Shown here: piece after piece, positions 46,494 to 55,649 of the stretch
How the letters are laid out: each line of letters opens with the position of its first letter
Numbering within the stretch: position 1 is the first letter of the stretch
IMG/VR virus record: IMGVR_UViG_2595698882_000001
Location: 32,001 to 96,000 of that record
Source: a virus
Taxonomy: Duplodnaviria > Caudoviricetes
Length of the DNA: 64,000 bases
Reading direction: 5' to 3' (one strand)
Translations under genes and position numbers: made by a program
Notes under the pieces: generated by a model
Told to the model about the DNA's origin: nothing
The model's database searches: none
What the model saw: only the letters and a program-made list of their open reading frames with translations

Positions 46494-47966
46494 TTGATAG
46501 AGAGTCCGATCCAAAAACAAATAATGAAAAAAGCAATTGAATCTCCTATCTTTGCTAAGGAGGTTCTATCACAAGCGCCTTTAGATATTTTTGAAGGTAA
46601 TGAAATTTATAAAGAGCTATCCCAGATTATTCGGCGGTACTATTCATCACACCGGGATAAGATTACTGAGGAAGCGTTGCTTACCTTAACAGAGGATAAG
46701 CTGACTAAGATGAGGAAAGACCCTGAGACACAGCAGAGTTACTTTAACGCCATCAGCGGACTGTACGAGATTAGGAACAGTCATGATGACAGCGTAACCG
46801 ATGAGAACATCGAAAAGCACATTAGGAAGCATATGTTACTAGATGTAGTCAAAAAGAACATTACGAACCTTGATGGCTCAGAAAAAACCGATAAGTTTAT
46901 CCAAAAGATAACTGAGGTTCAAAGGATGGACATAAGTGGTAAGCAGCAGGAAATCATCAACGTCATAGATGATGTAGAATACAAACGAAGAGCGTTGAGT
47001 ACCTTGAATCAAGACCTTATTCGAAGTGGGATCAACGGGCTTGATAATATTACGGATGGCGGGTTAGCTAAAGGAGAGCTTGGTCTTATCGTAGCAGCCT
47101 CCGGTACAGGTAAAACATTATGGCTTACTAACTTAGCTACTAGCTACACTAAACAGAAAAAGAATGTGCTATTCATTGCCTTAGAGGAACTAGAGAACCG
47201 AATGATCCTAAGATTCGAGCAGTCAATGCTTCGAGTGAACAGAAGCACTTTGTTAACAGGTAGAAAGCTCAACGAGGCTAACTTTGATAAACTACAGAAT
47301 GCTTATAAGAATGCCCGGGAACACCTTGGTAATCTGTTATTTGCTCGCTATTCTCCACGTACCATCACACCAGCTAAGATTGAGCAGCTTATTTCTGATG
47401 TTACACTTCGTATGGGTATAGAGCTCGATGTTGTTATTATTGACTATCCTGAACTTCTACGAAACCCTCATGCAACAGGAAATGAAGCGGATGATGGCGG
47501 TAAATTGTTTGAGGAAATGCGCCGTATTGGTCAAGACTACAGAGTCTTGATGTGGACAGCTGCTCAGATGAACCGATCAAACTATAATGCTGCTATCAAA
47601 ACTTCCGAGCACATGGAAGGTTCTCACCGTAAAAAGAATGCGGCAGAGCTTGTAGTTACAGTTAACCAAACAGAGGAAGAGTTCAACGCCGGGTTTACTC
47701 GTTTGTACATAGATAAGCTCCGTAACCCTCCTGCTGGAAACTTCAACCGAATGGTTGGCTTCAAAGTTGTAGGCAGTCAGATGACCGTTAGGGACTATGA
47801 AGGCAATGAGGCAGAGGACCATAAGGCTATACTCGAAGAAGTTGACAACAAGAACGAGCAGCTGTTTAAAGGTAAGAAGAGAGACAAGAAAGAAAATGCA
47901 CCGCAGATCGACTACTCAGCACAAATAAACCAGTATATCCATGCTCAACGCCAGATAGGTAGCTAA
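46494..47966 (+). CDS. DnaB-like replicative helicase
   Basis: ASGTGKT, IIDY, TAAQMNR, IDKLR. Confidence 0.92.
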   Translation: MIESPIQKQIMKKAIESPIFAKEVLSQAPLDIFEGNEIYKELSQIIRRYYSSHRDKITEEALLTLTEDKLTKMRKDPETQQSYFNAISGLYEIRNSHDDSVTDENIEKHIRKHMLLDVVKKNITNLDGSEKTDKFIQKITEVQRMDISGKQQEIINVIDDVEYKRRALSTLNQDLIRSGINGLDNITDGGLAKGELGLIVAASGTGKTLWLTNLATSYTKQKKNVLFIALEELENRMILRFEQSMLRVNRSTLLTGRKLNEANFDKLQNAYKNAREHLGNLLFARYSPRTITPAKIEQLISDVTLRMGIELDVVIIDYPELLRNPHATGNEADDGGKLFEEMRRIGQDYRVLMWTAAQMNRSNYNAAIKTSEHMEGSHRKKNAAELVVTVNQTEEEFNAGFTRLYIDKLRNPPAGNFNRMVGFKVVGSQMTVRDYEGNEAEDHKAILEEVDNKNEQLFKGKKRDKKENAPQIDYSAQINQYIHAQRQIGS

Positions 47967-47992
47967 TCGGATAGTAGGAGGAGTTCATAAGA

Positions 47993-49066
47993 ATGAGTAA
48001 GGTTGTTCACTTTACAGATTTTCATGCTCATAAATTCGAAGACTTTGCAAAGCCAGACCCGGAGTTCGGCAATGACAGATTCCGAGCACAAATCGAAACC
48101 CTACATAAGGTGTTTGATATCGCCCGTCAAAACTCAGCCCCTCTTGTGTTTGGCGGGGACTTATTCCATAGTAGAAGCCGATTAGAGGACGTTGTGTTCA
48201 ACAGAGTCTATGAAGCGTTCGCTCAGAACGATGATGTCCCAACATATTTAATTAGAGGAAACCATGACTCTAAGAACAACACAACAGATACAGAACACTG
48301 GCTGCAAACATTCAAGTACCTACCTCACGTACATGTAAGTGCTACTCCTGAAATGGTCCACGTACACTCAAAACCCGGAGGGTACCAGTTCAACAACTTT
48401 ATGCTGTACACTGTACCTTATTCTGATGATGTAGAGTTTCTTAAAAGACATATAGACAAGTTTGCTGAAGTAGCTAAGGACAGTAGTATTCCGACCTTAT
48501 TAGCCGGACACATAGGGGTAGATGGTAGTGAGACAGGGAGATATAGTCACAGACTTGAAGGAGCCTTCAAAGTAGGAGACCTGCACCCAGACGTGTTTGA
48601 CTATGTAGCTTTAGGACACTACCACAAGAGACAGTTCCTAGCAGGTACGGATAATGTGTTTTACACCGGGAACACCATTCAGACAAGTTACTCTGACGAA
48701 GGTCAAGAGAAGGGAGTATTCCTAATTGACTTTGAGAAGGGTGGTAAGCCGGAGTTTATTCCTATCAAGAACAAGTTATTTATCACACTTACCGATATTG
48801 ATGAGAATACACAGGACCTCGTAGACAATAACTACGTAAGGTTCGTACTGCCTAAAGAAAAAGCCCAAGAGGTGGAGATTTTTAAAGAAGAGAGCGATAA
48901 TGTCCGGGTAGAAATTCAAAGAGAATATAAGACCGAGACAAGAATCAATATTGATGTAAAATCCAGTGAAGAGCAAATCGTAACAGCGTATACTGAAGAG
49001 TTTTACCCTAACAGCACTGATTTAGCCTTAGATGTCCTAAAGGAGGCTATATCTAAGGAGCATTAG
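47993..49066 (+). CDS. SbcD/Mre11-like nuclease
   Basis: DFH, GDLF, GNHD, GHYH metallophosphoesterase motifs. Confidence 0.93.
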   Translation: MSKVVHFTDFHAHKFEDFAKPDPEFGNDRFRAQIETLHKVFDIARQNSAPLVFGGDLFHSRSRLEDVVFNRVYEAFAQNDDVPTYLIRGNHDSKNNTTDTEHWLQTFKYLPHVHVSATPEMVHVHSKPGGYQFNNFMLYTVPYSDDVEFLKRHIDKFAEVAKDSSIPTLLAGHIGVDGSETGRYSHRLEGAFKVGDLHPDVFDYVALGHYHKRQFLAGTDNVFYTGNTIQTSYSDEGQEKGVFLIDFEKGGKPEFIPIKNKLFITLTDIDENTQDLVDNNYVRFVLPKEKAQEVEIFKEESDNVRVEIQREYKTETRINIDVKSSEEQIVTAYTEEFYPNSTDLALDVLKEAISKEH

Positions 49067-49095
49067 GAGTTATCGTATGATAACTCTTTTTTGTG

Positions 49096-49124
49096 TTGAC
49101 ATAACATACAGTGTCTGTTATAAT
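49096..49124 (+). promoter_or_regulatory. sigmaA-type promoter
   Basis: TTGACA-17-TATAAT after terminator 49066-49092. Confidence 0.88.
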
Positions 49125-49171
49125 CAAGTTACAGCGTAATATACATTGATCTAAGGAGGTAAACCCAATAT

Positions 49172-51073
49172 ATGAAATGGAAACGATTAACGGCAAAGAA
49201 CTTCTTATCTTTCGAAGAGCTAAGCCTTGACCTAGATAACCGAGGTATTATCCTTGTGGAAGGGAACAACTTAACAAGCAGTAAGTTTAAGAGTAACGGG
49301 TCAGGAAAAAGCTCGTTGTTAGAGCCCCTAGTATACGCCCTATATGACACTACATCTAAGGGGATTAAGGCAGATGATGTGGTGAATAACAAGGTTGGGA
49401 AGAACACAGAAGTTATTCTTGAGGGAGTCAAAGGTGACGATACATACCGAATCGAGAGGTACCGAAAACATAGTAAGAACAAGAATAAAGTTAAGCTGTT
49501 CATCAACGGTAAAGAAGTTACAGAGAAGTCCGCAGCAGAGACAAACAAAACCATCCAGAGAATTATAGGTATAGACTATAACACATTTATCAACAGCATT
49601 ATGTTCTCCCAAGGTAATGGAGCCGGAAGGTTTGCTATTGCTACGGATAAGGAGAAGAAAGAAATCCTTGAAAACCTTGTACACCTAGACATATATGCCA
49701 AAGCACAAGCCGTAGCTAAAGAGAGACTTAAAAAGAAAGAGGAAGAAATTGCTCTAAAGGAGCAAGAGAAGACCCGGTTAGACTGGGAGTTTGAGCGGAT
49801 AGACAGCCTAGAGAAGCAGGATAGAGAGAACTACGAAAATACAAAGCAGATGATCCTACAAGAACATCAGAACATCCGAACACTGGTTGACACGTTAGAC
49901 AAGTTTACAAGTACCAACTTTCCGGCTGTAGAGGAGATCAAAGGGCAACTTGAGGAGCTAAACAAGCAGAGGGAGTCTGCGGCAGGGTTTGATATCTCAT
50001 CACATATTCTAGAAGAAGTGAATACGGTAAAGCAGCAGCTTGTAGAAAAACAAGCACAATACCAGCAGCAAGAGTATCAGAAAAATCAATTAGTTGAACA
50101 ATACAAAAAGCTACACTCCAATACTCACTGCCCAGTTTGTGGAAACGAACTTGACACTGCCCACAGACACGCTGAGATGGAGAATATTAAACAAAAACTA
50201 GCTGTAATACTAACGACCATAAAGCAGCTACAGCAAGAGATGGAGCCTCTAAACCAGCAAGTCCAAGAAGCTACTGCTAAGTATCGAGAAGCACGAGCTA
50301 AGCAAGATGAAGCCAATCAGAACTATCAGAGCATTGTACAGGCAATCTCTAGAGGTGAGCAGCAAATTAGACAGTATGAGGATACCATCCAACAGTACCG
50401 GAATAAGATTGATGCTGCACAGAACACAGTTAATAAGTTGTCAGAGATACCAGAACCAAAACCTAGAGACAAGGAACGAAAAGAGGTAGACAAGAAGATT
50501 AAGGTCTTCCGGGAGGAACTGCTTAAGCTTCAAGAAGAAAGATTACAGCTGGAAGACGTAGTGAAAGTGTTCTCCAACTCAGGCGTGAAATCTCACGTAT
50601 TGGACTTGATAACTCCGTTCCTAAACGAAAGAGCTAACCACCACTTAGCTACTCTATCTGGACCTGACATGGAGGTCAAATTTAGTACACAAACAAAGAA
50701 CAAAGATGGCAGCATGTCAGATAAGTTCGATATTGAATTGATCAACCATGTAGGGGGAGGTAGCTATAAGTCTAATTCAGAAGGTGAGAAGAAGCGTGCC
50801 GACTTAGCAATTTCTTTAGCTATTCAGGACTTAGTGATGGGTCGAGGAGAGCCGCCAACTAATTTCATTGTATACGATGAAGTATTTGATGCGCTAGATA
50901 GCGTAGGTAGTGAAAACGTAGTAACCCTACTAAGACAGCGAGTACATACAGTTGGAACCATTTTTGTAATTACACATAGCGAACACTTAAAACCACTATT
51001 TGACAAGGTCATAACTGTAACAAAAAATAAAAGTGGAGTATCCACAGTAGACGGAGGAGTAGAAACATCATGA
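49172..51073 (+). CDS. SbcC/Rad50-like ATPase
   Basis: NGSGKS, CPVCG zinc hook, SEGE signature, DEVF, ITH. Confidence 0.93.
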   Translation: MKWKRLTAKNFLSFEELSLDLDNRGIILVEGNNLTSSKFKSNGSGKSSLLEPLVYALYDTTSKGIKADDVVNNKVGKNTEVILEGVKGDDTYRIERYRKHSKNKNKVKLFINGKEVTEKSAAETNKTIQRIIGIDYNTFINSIMFSQGNGAGRFAIATDKEKKEILENLVHLDIYAKAQAVAKERLKKKEEEIALKEQEKTRLDWEFERIDSLEKQDRENYENTKQMILQEHQNIRTLVDTLDKFTSTNFPAVEEIKGQLEELNKQRESAAGFDISSHILEEVNTVKQQLVEKQAQYQQQEYQKNQLVEQYKKLHSNTHCPVCGNELDTAHRHAEMENIKQKLAVILTTIKQLQQEMEPLNQQVQEATAKYREARAKQDEANQNYQSIVQAISRGEQQIRQYEDTIQQYRNKIDAAQNTVNKLSEIPEPKPRDKERKEVDKKIKVFREELLKLQEERLQLEDVVKVFSNSGVKSHVLDLITPFLNERANHHLATLSGPDMEVKFSTQTKNKDGSMSDKFDIELINHVGGGSYKSNSEGEKKRADLAISLAIQDLVMGRGEPPTNFIVYDEVFDALDSVGSENVVTLLRQRVHTVGTIFVITHSEHLKPLFDKVITVTKNKSGVSTVDGGVETS

Positions 51074-51663
51074 AATTAACTGTAGATCACGCAGTAGACA
51101 TGCTGCTGCTTGAAGTAGAAACAACCGGAGAGGAAAAGAAACATATTTATCTATCCATAGAAAATGTTCATTACTGGTACCCGTTAAACACTAATTTTTC
51201 GTATAGGTACTCTAATGCGAAAGAGCAGCTGTACCTAGTTCAAGAAGGAGGATACACTGGGGAGAACGTGTACGGAGCAGACATTTTGAAGCGATCAAAA
51301 CAACTAGTGGTCAACAAGGATGGTTTTTTAATACACCCGGAAGTTCTGGAAAGAAACATGTATATTATGGATGAGGCAGCGTCAATGGGGATTCCTACAC
51401 TAATACACTCTTACAATGGTTATGACGTGGAGGACGGGTTTGATACTCTAAGTAGCTGGATCAAAGGGAGAAAAGAAATAATCGAAGACAGATTTATGGC
51501 GCAAGACGCCGAAGCTTGGACGATCACTCAGACCGAACTTAATGAGGAATGGGATAACAAGTTATACAGTTATGCAACAGACGAAGAGTTAAAGCAGCTT
51601 CAGGAGCTCGGAGAAATATATAACATGTTATGTTTAATGAGAAAACTAGCAGAAGGAAGATAA
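51070..51663 (+). CDS. anti-sigma factor, Staphylococcus phage G1 gp67 family
   Basis: WYPL, P.V...N..I...A...G.P, VEDGF and LGEIYNMLCLMRK resemble G1 gp67 as recalled; same position between SbcC and primase. Confidence 0.75.
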   Translation: MKLTVDHAVDMLLLEVETTGEEKKHIYLSIENVHYWYPLNTNFSYRYSNAKEQLYLVQEGGYTGENVYGADILKRSKQLVVNKDGFLIHPEVLERNMYIMDEAASMGIPTLIHSYNGYDVEDGFDTLSSWIKGRKEIIEDRFMAQDAEAWTITQTELNEEWDNKLYSYATDEELKQLQELGEIYNMLCLMRKLAEGR

Positions 51664-51667
51664 CAAC

Positions 51668-52759
51668 ATGTTCATGGATTTAATACATGAGGAATTAGGT
51701 AGCAGCAAGGACTCAGTTACGCACACTCGATTTAACTGCCCTTTCTGCGGGGAGGACGACCATAAGTTCTATGTCCATAAAGATGCTCCACATCTTTGGA
51801 AATGTTTTAAATGCCCGGAGAAGGGTAACGCCGTTTCCTTCGTTATGAAGTTCTATAAGATATCTTATCCAGACGCTGTTGATATCTTAGAGACATACGA
51901 CTACGATGTGGAACTGCATCAGAACAACGATTTTGCAGCCATCAGCGGAGCTAGACCTGACCTATCCCCAGAAGAGCAGCTGCTTCTGTATATTTCACAT
52001 ATGTCGAATCCTATAGAAGAGGAAGAGGATATAAAGCTTAGGTGTCCGAAAGTACCTCCTACGTGCAAATCATTAATAGACAACTGGAATAACCCCGAAG
52101 CGTTCCCATTCTTCGCTTACTTACATCGCCGGGGGATTACTCCAGAACACATTCAGCAGCACAGTATTAGCTATATTGTGGATGACCTACTGGAACGCCC
52201 TTCGTATGACGGAAGGGAAAAAAGAACAATGCGTATAAAAAATCACGTAGTGTTCTTCACAAAGGACAACGAAGGGAACCCAATATACTGGAATACTCGG
52301 AGCATTGACCCAAACCCTTTTGTTAAGTCTATCAACGCACCTAGTACGTCAGAAGAGTATTCTAAGAGCAATACAGTATTCAATCTGAATAACGCTAAGC
52401 ATGCGGATAAGATTGTCATTCATGAGGGGGTATTCGACAGTATAATGACCCCGGGATGTGGGGTAGCCACCTTTGGTAAGCAGATCACCCAAGCGCAGCT
52501 AGAGCTGATTCTAAACGAGACAAGGGAACGTAAGCTTCCGATCTACCTGTATTTAGACACCGATGCTTGGAGAGAGATGATTGACACAAAGAATAGGATT
52601 AAGGCTATAGAGCCAGATAGACTGGTGTACTATGTTTACAGTGGATCGGATGACGATGCGAACAAGTTAGGGATTGAAAAGGTAAGTGAACTCATTAGCA
52701 ATGCATTCATAGCAGATGCCACATCGGATGTACAGTTAGAGTTATTAAATTATGTGTAA
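51668..52759 (+). CDS. DNA primase
   Basis: CPFC..CFKC zinc finger, EGVFD, LDTD, DDAN TOPRIM motifs. Confidence 0.93.
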   Translation: MFMDLIHEELGSSKDSVTHTRFNCPFCGEDDHKFYVHKDAPHLWKCFKCPEKGNAVSFVMKFYKISYPDAVDILETYDYDVELHQNNDFAAISGARPDLSPEEQLLLYISHMSNPIEEEEDIKLRCPKVPPTCKSLIDNWNNPEAFPFFAYLHRRGITPEHIQQHSISYIVDDLLERPSYDGREKRTMRIKNHVVFFTKDNEGNPIYWNTRSIDPNPFVKSINAPSTSEEYSKSNTVFNLNNAKHADKIVIHEGVFDSIMTPGCGVATFGKQITQAQLELILNETRERKLPIYLYLDTDAWREMIDTKNRIKAIEPDRLVYYVYSGSDDDANKLGIEKVSELISNAFIADATSDVQLELLNYV

Positions 52760-52768
52760 CTTAAAGTG

Positions 52769-52797
52769 TTGACAGTACATAGACTGTATGATATAGT
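52769..52797 (+). promoter_or_regulatory. sigmaA-type promoter
   Basis: TTGACA-17-TATAGT. Confidence 0.8.
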
Positions 52798-52832
52798 ATA
52801 TTATATAGTCACATTATAAGGAGGAAAACTAT

Positions 52833-53594
52833 TTGAAAGAGATTGATGTTCTATATCAACTTGGAAAGGGTGCTGTAGCTCCAACGCAGGGTTATGAAGA
52901 CGACTTCGCTTATGACATGTACGCTGCGGAAGGTCGGCTAGTGCCACCGAGGAACTACTTCTCAGTCATCGTTCCCACTAACCTAAAGACTGCTTTTGAC
53001 CCTATCGCTGCCGGACTTAAAATCTCCTTGCGTAGTGGTGTGGCAGTTAAAACACCTTTGGCTATCTCTAACTCACCGGGAATCGTGGAAGGTACATACC
53101 GAGATGGTATTGGTATCCTAGTACGTAACACCTTCATTGACGACAGCTTAGTGGACTTCGTAATGACTGTGGAAGGTAAACAACTCCCGGTAAGTAAAGT
53201 ACCTAAACAGGTTTTGCAAGAGGCTAGACGTTTCTATGATAAGGAGTCTGAAGCCTTAGGTTATGCAAAACCAACTACCCCGGAAGGCATGGCATCGGAT
53301 AAGGTAGCCTATCGTACTCATGTGCCTCGTGGAACGGTATATATCGCTAAACATGACCGTATTGCCCAAATGCACTTCTCAGAAAAGATCGGTGCCAACT
53401 TCAAAGAGCATAAAGGGACTTTACCTTCGTCCGTTCGTGGGGAGAATAAGTTTGGTAGTTCAGGGACCTCCGTAAACATCCCGAAACAACCGGAGTACCT
53501 TGAACCAGACCCGCTAGATGAGGCGTTCGAAGCTCGACAGAAAACCCTCAAGCAGGCTATCGAGGACGCCCAGAAGCTAAAGAAAAAGGAGTAG
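52833..53594 (+). CDS. dut: trimeric dUTPase with insertion
   Basis: AYDM, RSG, GIVEGTYRD, DRIAQ, RGENKFGSSG. Confidence 0.85.
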   Translation: MKEIDVLYQLGKGAVAPTQGYEDDFAYDMYAAEGRLVPPRNYFSVIVPTNLKTAFDPIAAGLKISLRSGVAVKTPLAISNSPGIVEGTYRDGIGILVRNTFIDDSLVDFVMTVEGKQLPVSKVPKQVLQEARRFYDKESEALGYAKPTTPEGMASDKVAYRTHVPRGTVYIAKHDRIAQMHFSEKIGANFKEHKGTLPSSVRGENKFGSSGTSVNIPKQPEYLEPDPLDEAFEARQKTLKQAIEDAQKLKKKE

Positions 53595-53598
53595 CCTT

Positions 53599-53928
53599 AT
53601 GAAAGACACACTCATACTAGATTATCTAAAAAAGTTGTCGGAGTGCTCTAACGCAGAGGAGGCTACTTACGTCCGAATGTTGGAAGGTCACCAAGAGTTA
53701 ACACTGGACCAAGTTGCTACAGCTATGCGGACAATGGTAGGTCAGTTAGTAGACTACATTGATGAGTCTAACGAAGCTGCACAGAAACTTCAGGAGATGC
53801 GTTTAATTGCTATTCTAGAAGAGCTACCGGAAGATATCCAAGAAAGAGTAAGACACAAGTTTTTAGAAGTTGATGATGATTTACTAAATGATGATAATGA
53901 AGGAGACAATCAAAATGACAAACAATAA
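53599..53928 (+). CDS. hypothetical protein
   Basis: 109 aa, SD AAGGAG. Confidence 0.8.
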   Translation: MKDTLILDYLKKLSECSNAEEATYVRMLEGHQELTLDQVATAMRTMVGQLVDYIDESNEAAQKLQEMRLIAILEELPEDIQERVRHKFLEVDDDLLNDDNEGDNQNDKQ

Positions 53929-54298
53929 AAGCCAAGAACCTATTTCCGCACAGGACCTTAATGTATATTTTACCTACCTGCTCACGCAGCACGTAGAGAA
54001 CGAAAAGCACGCTAAGCAGATTAACCGCCTTTCTAGACGCACAACCACACTTAGTGATGTTGCAGTTGTATTTAACAAGCTGGTGGAACACCAAGAGCAG
54101 AAGATTACCCAGCTCATGGAAAGAGTTCGTAAACAGGAGAAGGTGCTTAGAAAACTAGGAGCAACAGATGAGATGTTTGCAGAGGTTGACAAGGAGTATG
54201 AAGAAGAGATTAGCCAGTTCATTAAGATGATCGAAGAAGCCCAGAAAAGAAACGAAAAGGTTGTGCCTGTGGAACCAGAGAAAGAAGATGAGGAGTAA
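53915..54298 (+). CDS. hypothetical coiled-coil protein
   Basis: SD AAGGAG before ATG 53915. Confidence 0.8.
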   Translation: MTNNKSQEPISAQDLNVYFTYLLTQHVENEKHAKQINRLSRRTTTLSDVAVVFNKLVEHQEQKITQLMERVRKQEKVLRKLGATDEMFAEVDKEYEEEISQFIKMIEEAQKRNEKVVPVEPEKEDEE

Positions 54299-54558
54299 TG
54301 GCTAAATACCGGAAGAAGCCTGTTGTTGTAGATGCCTTCCTCTTTAATGTCGATCCCACTCCTGACTGGTTTATTGAGAAGACAAACTCACGGGAAATCG
54401 TACTAGGCTACGAAATGGATTCTAGATTCTGTCTGATACCTACTTTAGAGGGTACAATGTGCGGATCAGAAGGGGACTATATCATCAGAGGAGTCCAAGG
54501 TGAAATTTATCCTTGTAAAGCAGACATCTTCGAAGCTACATATGAAAAGGTGGAGTAG
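54298..54558 (+). CDS. small widespread phage protein (KKPV..TLEG..GDYII..YPCK family)
   Basis: YRKKPVVV, TLEG, GDYIIRGVQGEIYPCK..IF..TY. Confidence 0.8.
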   Translation: MAKYRKKPVVVDAFLFNVDPTPDWFIEKTNSREIVLGYEMDSRFCLIPTLEGTMCGSEGDYIIRGVQGEIYPCKADIFEATYEKVE

Positions 54559-54561
54559 TCT

Positions 54562-55116
54562 ATGGGCAAAAAATCAAAAGTAAAAGGTGCATCATATGAA
54601 CTTAAAATTGCGAAGCTTCTGACTCCGTGGTGGGGTGCTGGTACGTTTAACCGTGCCCCTGCCTCTGGTGCCCTGCACTGGGGACGGGACCAGCGGGTTG
54701 CTGGAGATATTGTAGCTCCTCCAGAAGCGAAATTCCCCTTTGTGATTGAATGTAAGAAGCGAGAAGAGTGGACTATGGATCACATTCTGTTAGACATCGG
54801 ACAGCCTAGAGAGTGGTGGAAGCAGGTTGTAATGGACGCTCGGAGAGTTGAGCAAGTACCTATCCTTATCTTCTCTCGAAACAGAGCTAAAGATTTTATT
54901 ATGATTCCTTACGAACCCTCTATGTATGACAAGCTAAACGCAGTAGAAAAAACAGCTATGATTACCACAGTCAGTATTAACAACATAAGAGACGAAGTAG
55001 AATACTTCGATGTAATTGTAAGTACATACGACTCATTAACAAAGATATCCCCATCAGAGGTTAAAGAGTATGCTGCCGCTGTAGACTGGGATAAGTATAA
55101 GGATGAATACCAGTAA
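54562..55116 (+). CDS. Holliday junction resolvase
   Basis: KGASYE, R.P.SG, GDI, IECKK PD-(D/E)xK motifs. Confidence 0.88.
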   Translation: MGKKSKVKGASYELKIAKLLTPWWGAGTFNRAPASGALHWGRDQRVAGDIVAPPEAKFPFVIECKKREEWTMDHILLDIGQPREWWKQVVMDARRVEQVPILIFSRNRAKDFIMIPYEPSMYDKLNAVEKTAMITTVSINNIRDEVEYFDVIVSTYDSLTKISPSEVKEYAAAVDWDKYKDEYQ

Positions 55117-55132
55117 AGAATAAAAAAAAATT

Positions 55133-55213
55133 CCCCTACAATGTAGTTGAAAAAATACTATATGTAGGGGGTTTTTATGAATTTAGGGACTATACAAACA
55201 CTATATTATGTGT
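55133..55213. promoter_or_regulatory. terminator hairpin overlapping NrdR-box-like sites
   Basis: CCCCTACA/TGTAGGGG stem; ATACTATATGTAGGGG at 55155 and ACACTATATTATGTGT at 55198 resemble acaCwAtATaTwGtgt. Confidence 0.5.
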
Positions 55214-55271
55214 TACAATATGACTGTAACCTTCTTAAAATAAGACTGTAACAAAGGAGGGACTTCGGAGA

Positions 55272-55649
55272 TTGTTACTTACATATGAAAGCAAGACAGG
55301 GAATGTCAGACGCTTTATTGGTAAGGTCGAGAAGGGGTACAGCATTAAAACAGAGGAAATCACTGAAGACCTTAAGGTACAGGAACCTTTCATCCATGTA
55401 ACTTACACTACAGGGTTCGGACAGGTACCTGACAAAACTCTAAAATTTATAGAAAACAACAAGAACAACTTCGTAGGCGTAGCCGTGAGCGGCAATCGAA
55501 ACTGGGGAGATAGATACGGATTAGCCGGAGACAAACTCTCCGAACAGTTCAATGTCCCTCTACTACATAAATTCGAGATGAGCGGAACAGCTACAGACCT
55601 TGACAAGTTTATACAGGAGGTAAAGATCATTGGAAAACAATATTCCTAA
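55272..55649 (+). CDS. nrdI: flavodoxin NrdI
   Basis: S.TGNVRRF, TYTTGFG, SGNRNWG, FEMSG. Confidence 0.95.
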   Translation: MLLTYESKTGNVRRFIGKVEKGYSIKTEEITEDLKVQEPFIHVTYTTGFGQVPDKTLKFIENNKNNFVGVAVSGNRNWGDRYGLAGDKLSEQFNVPLLHKFEMSGTATDLDKFIQEVKIIGKQYS

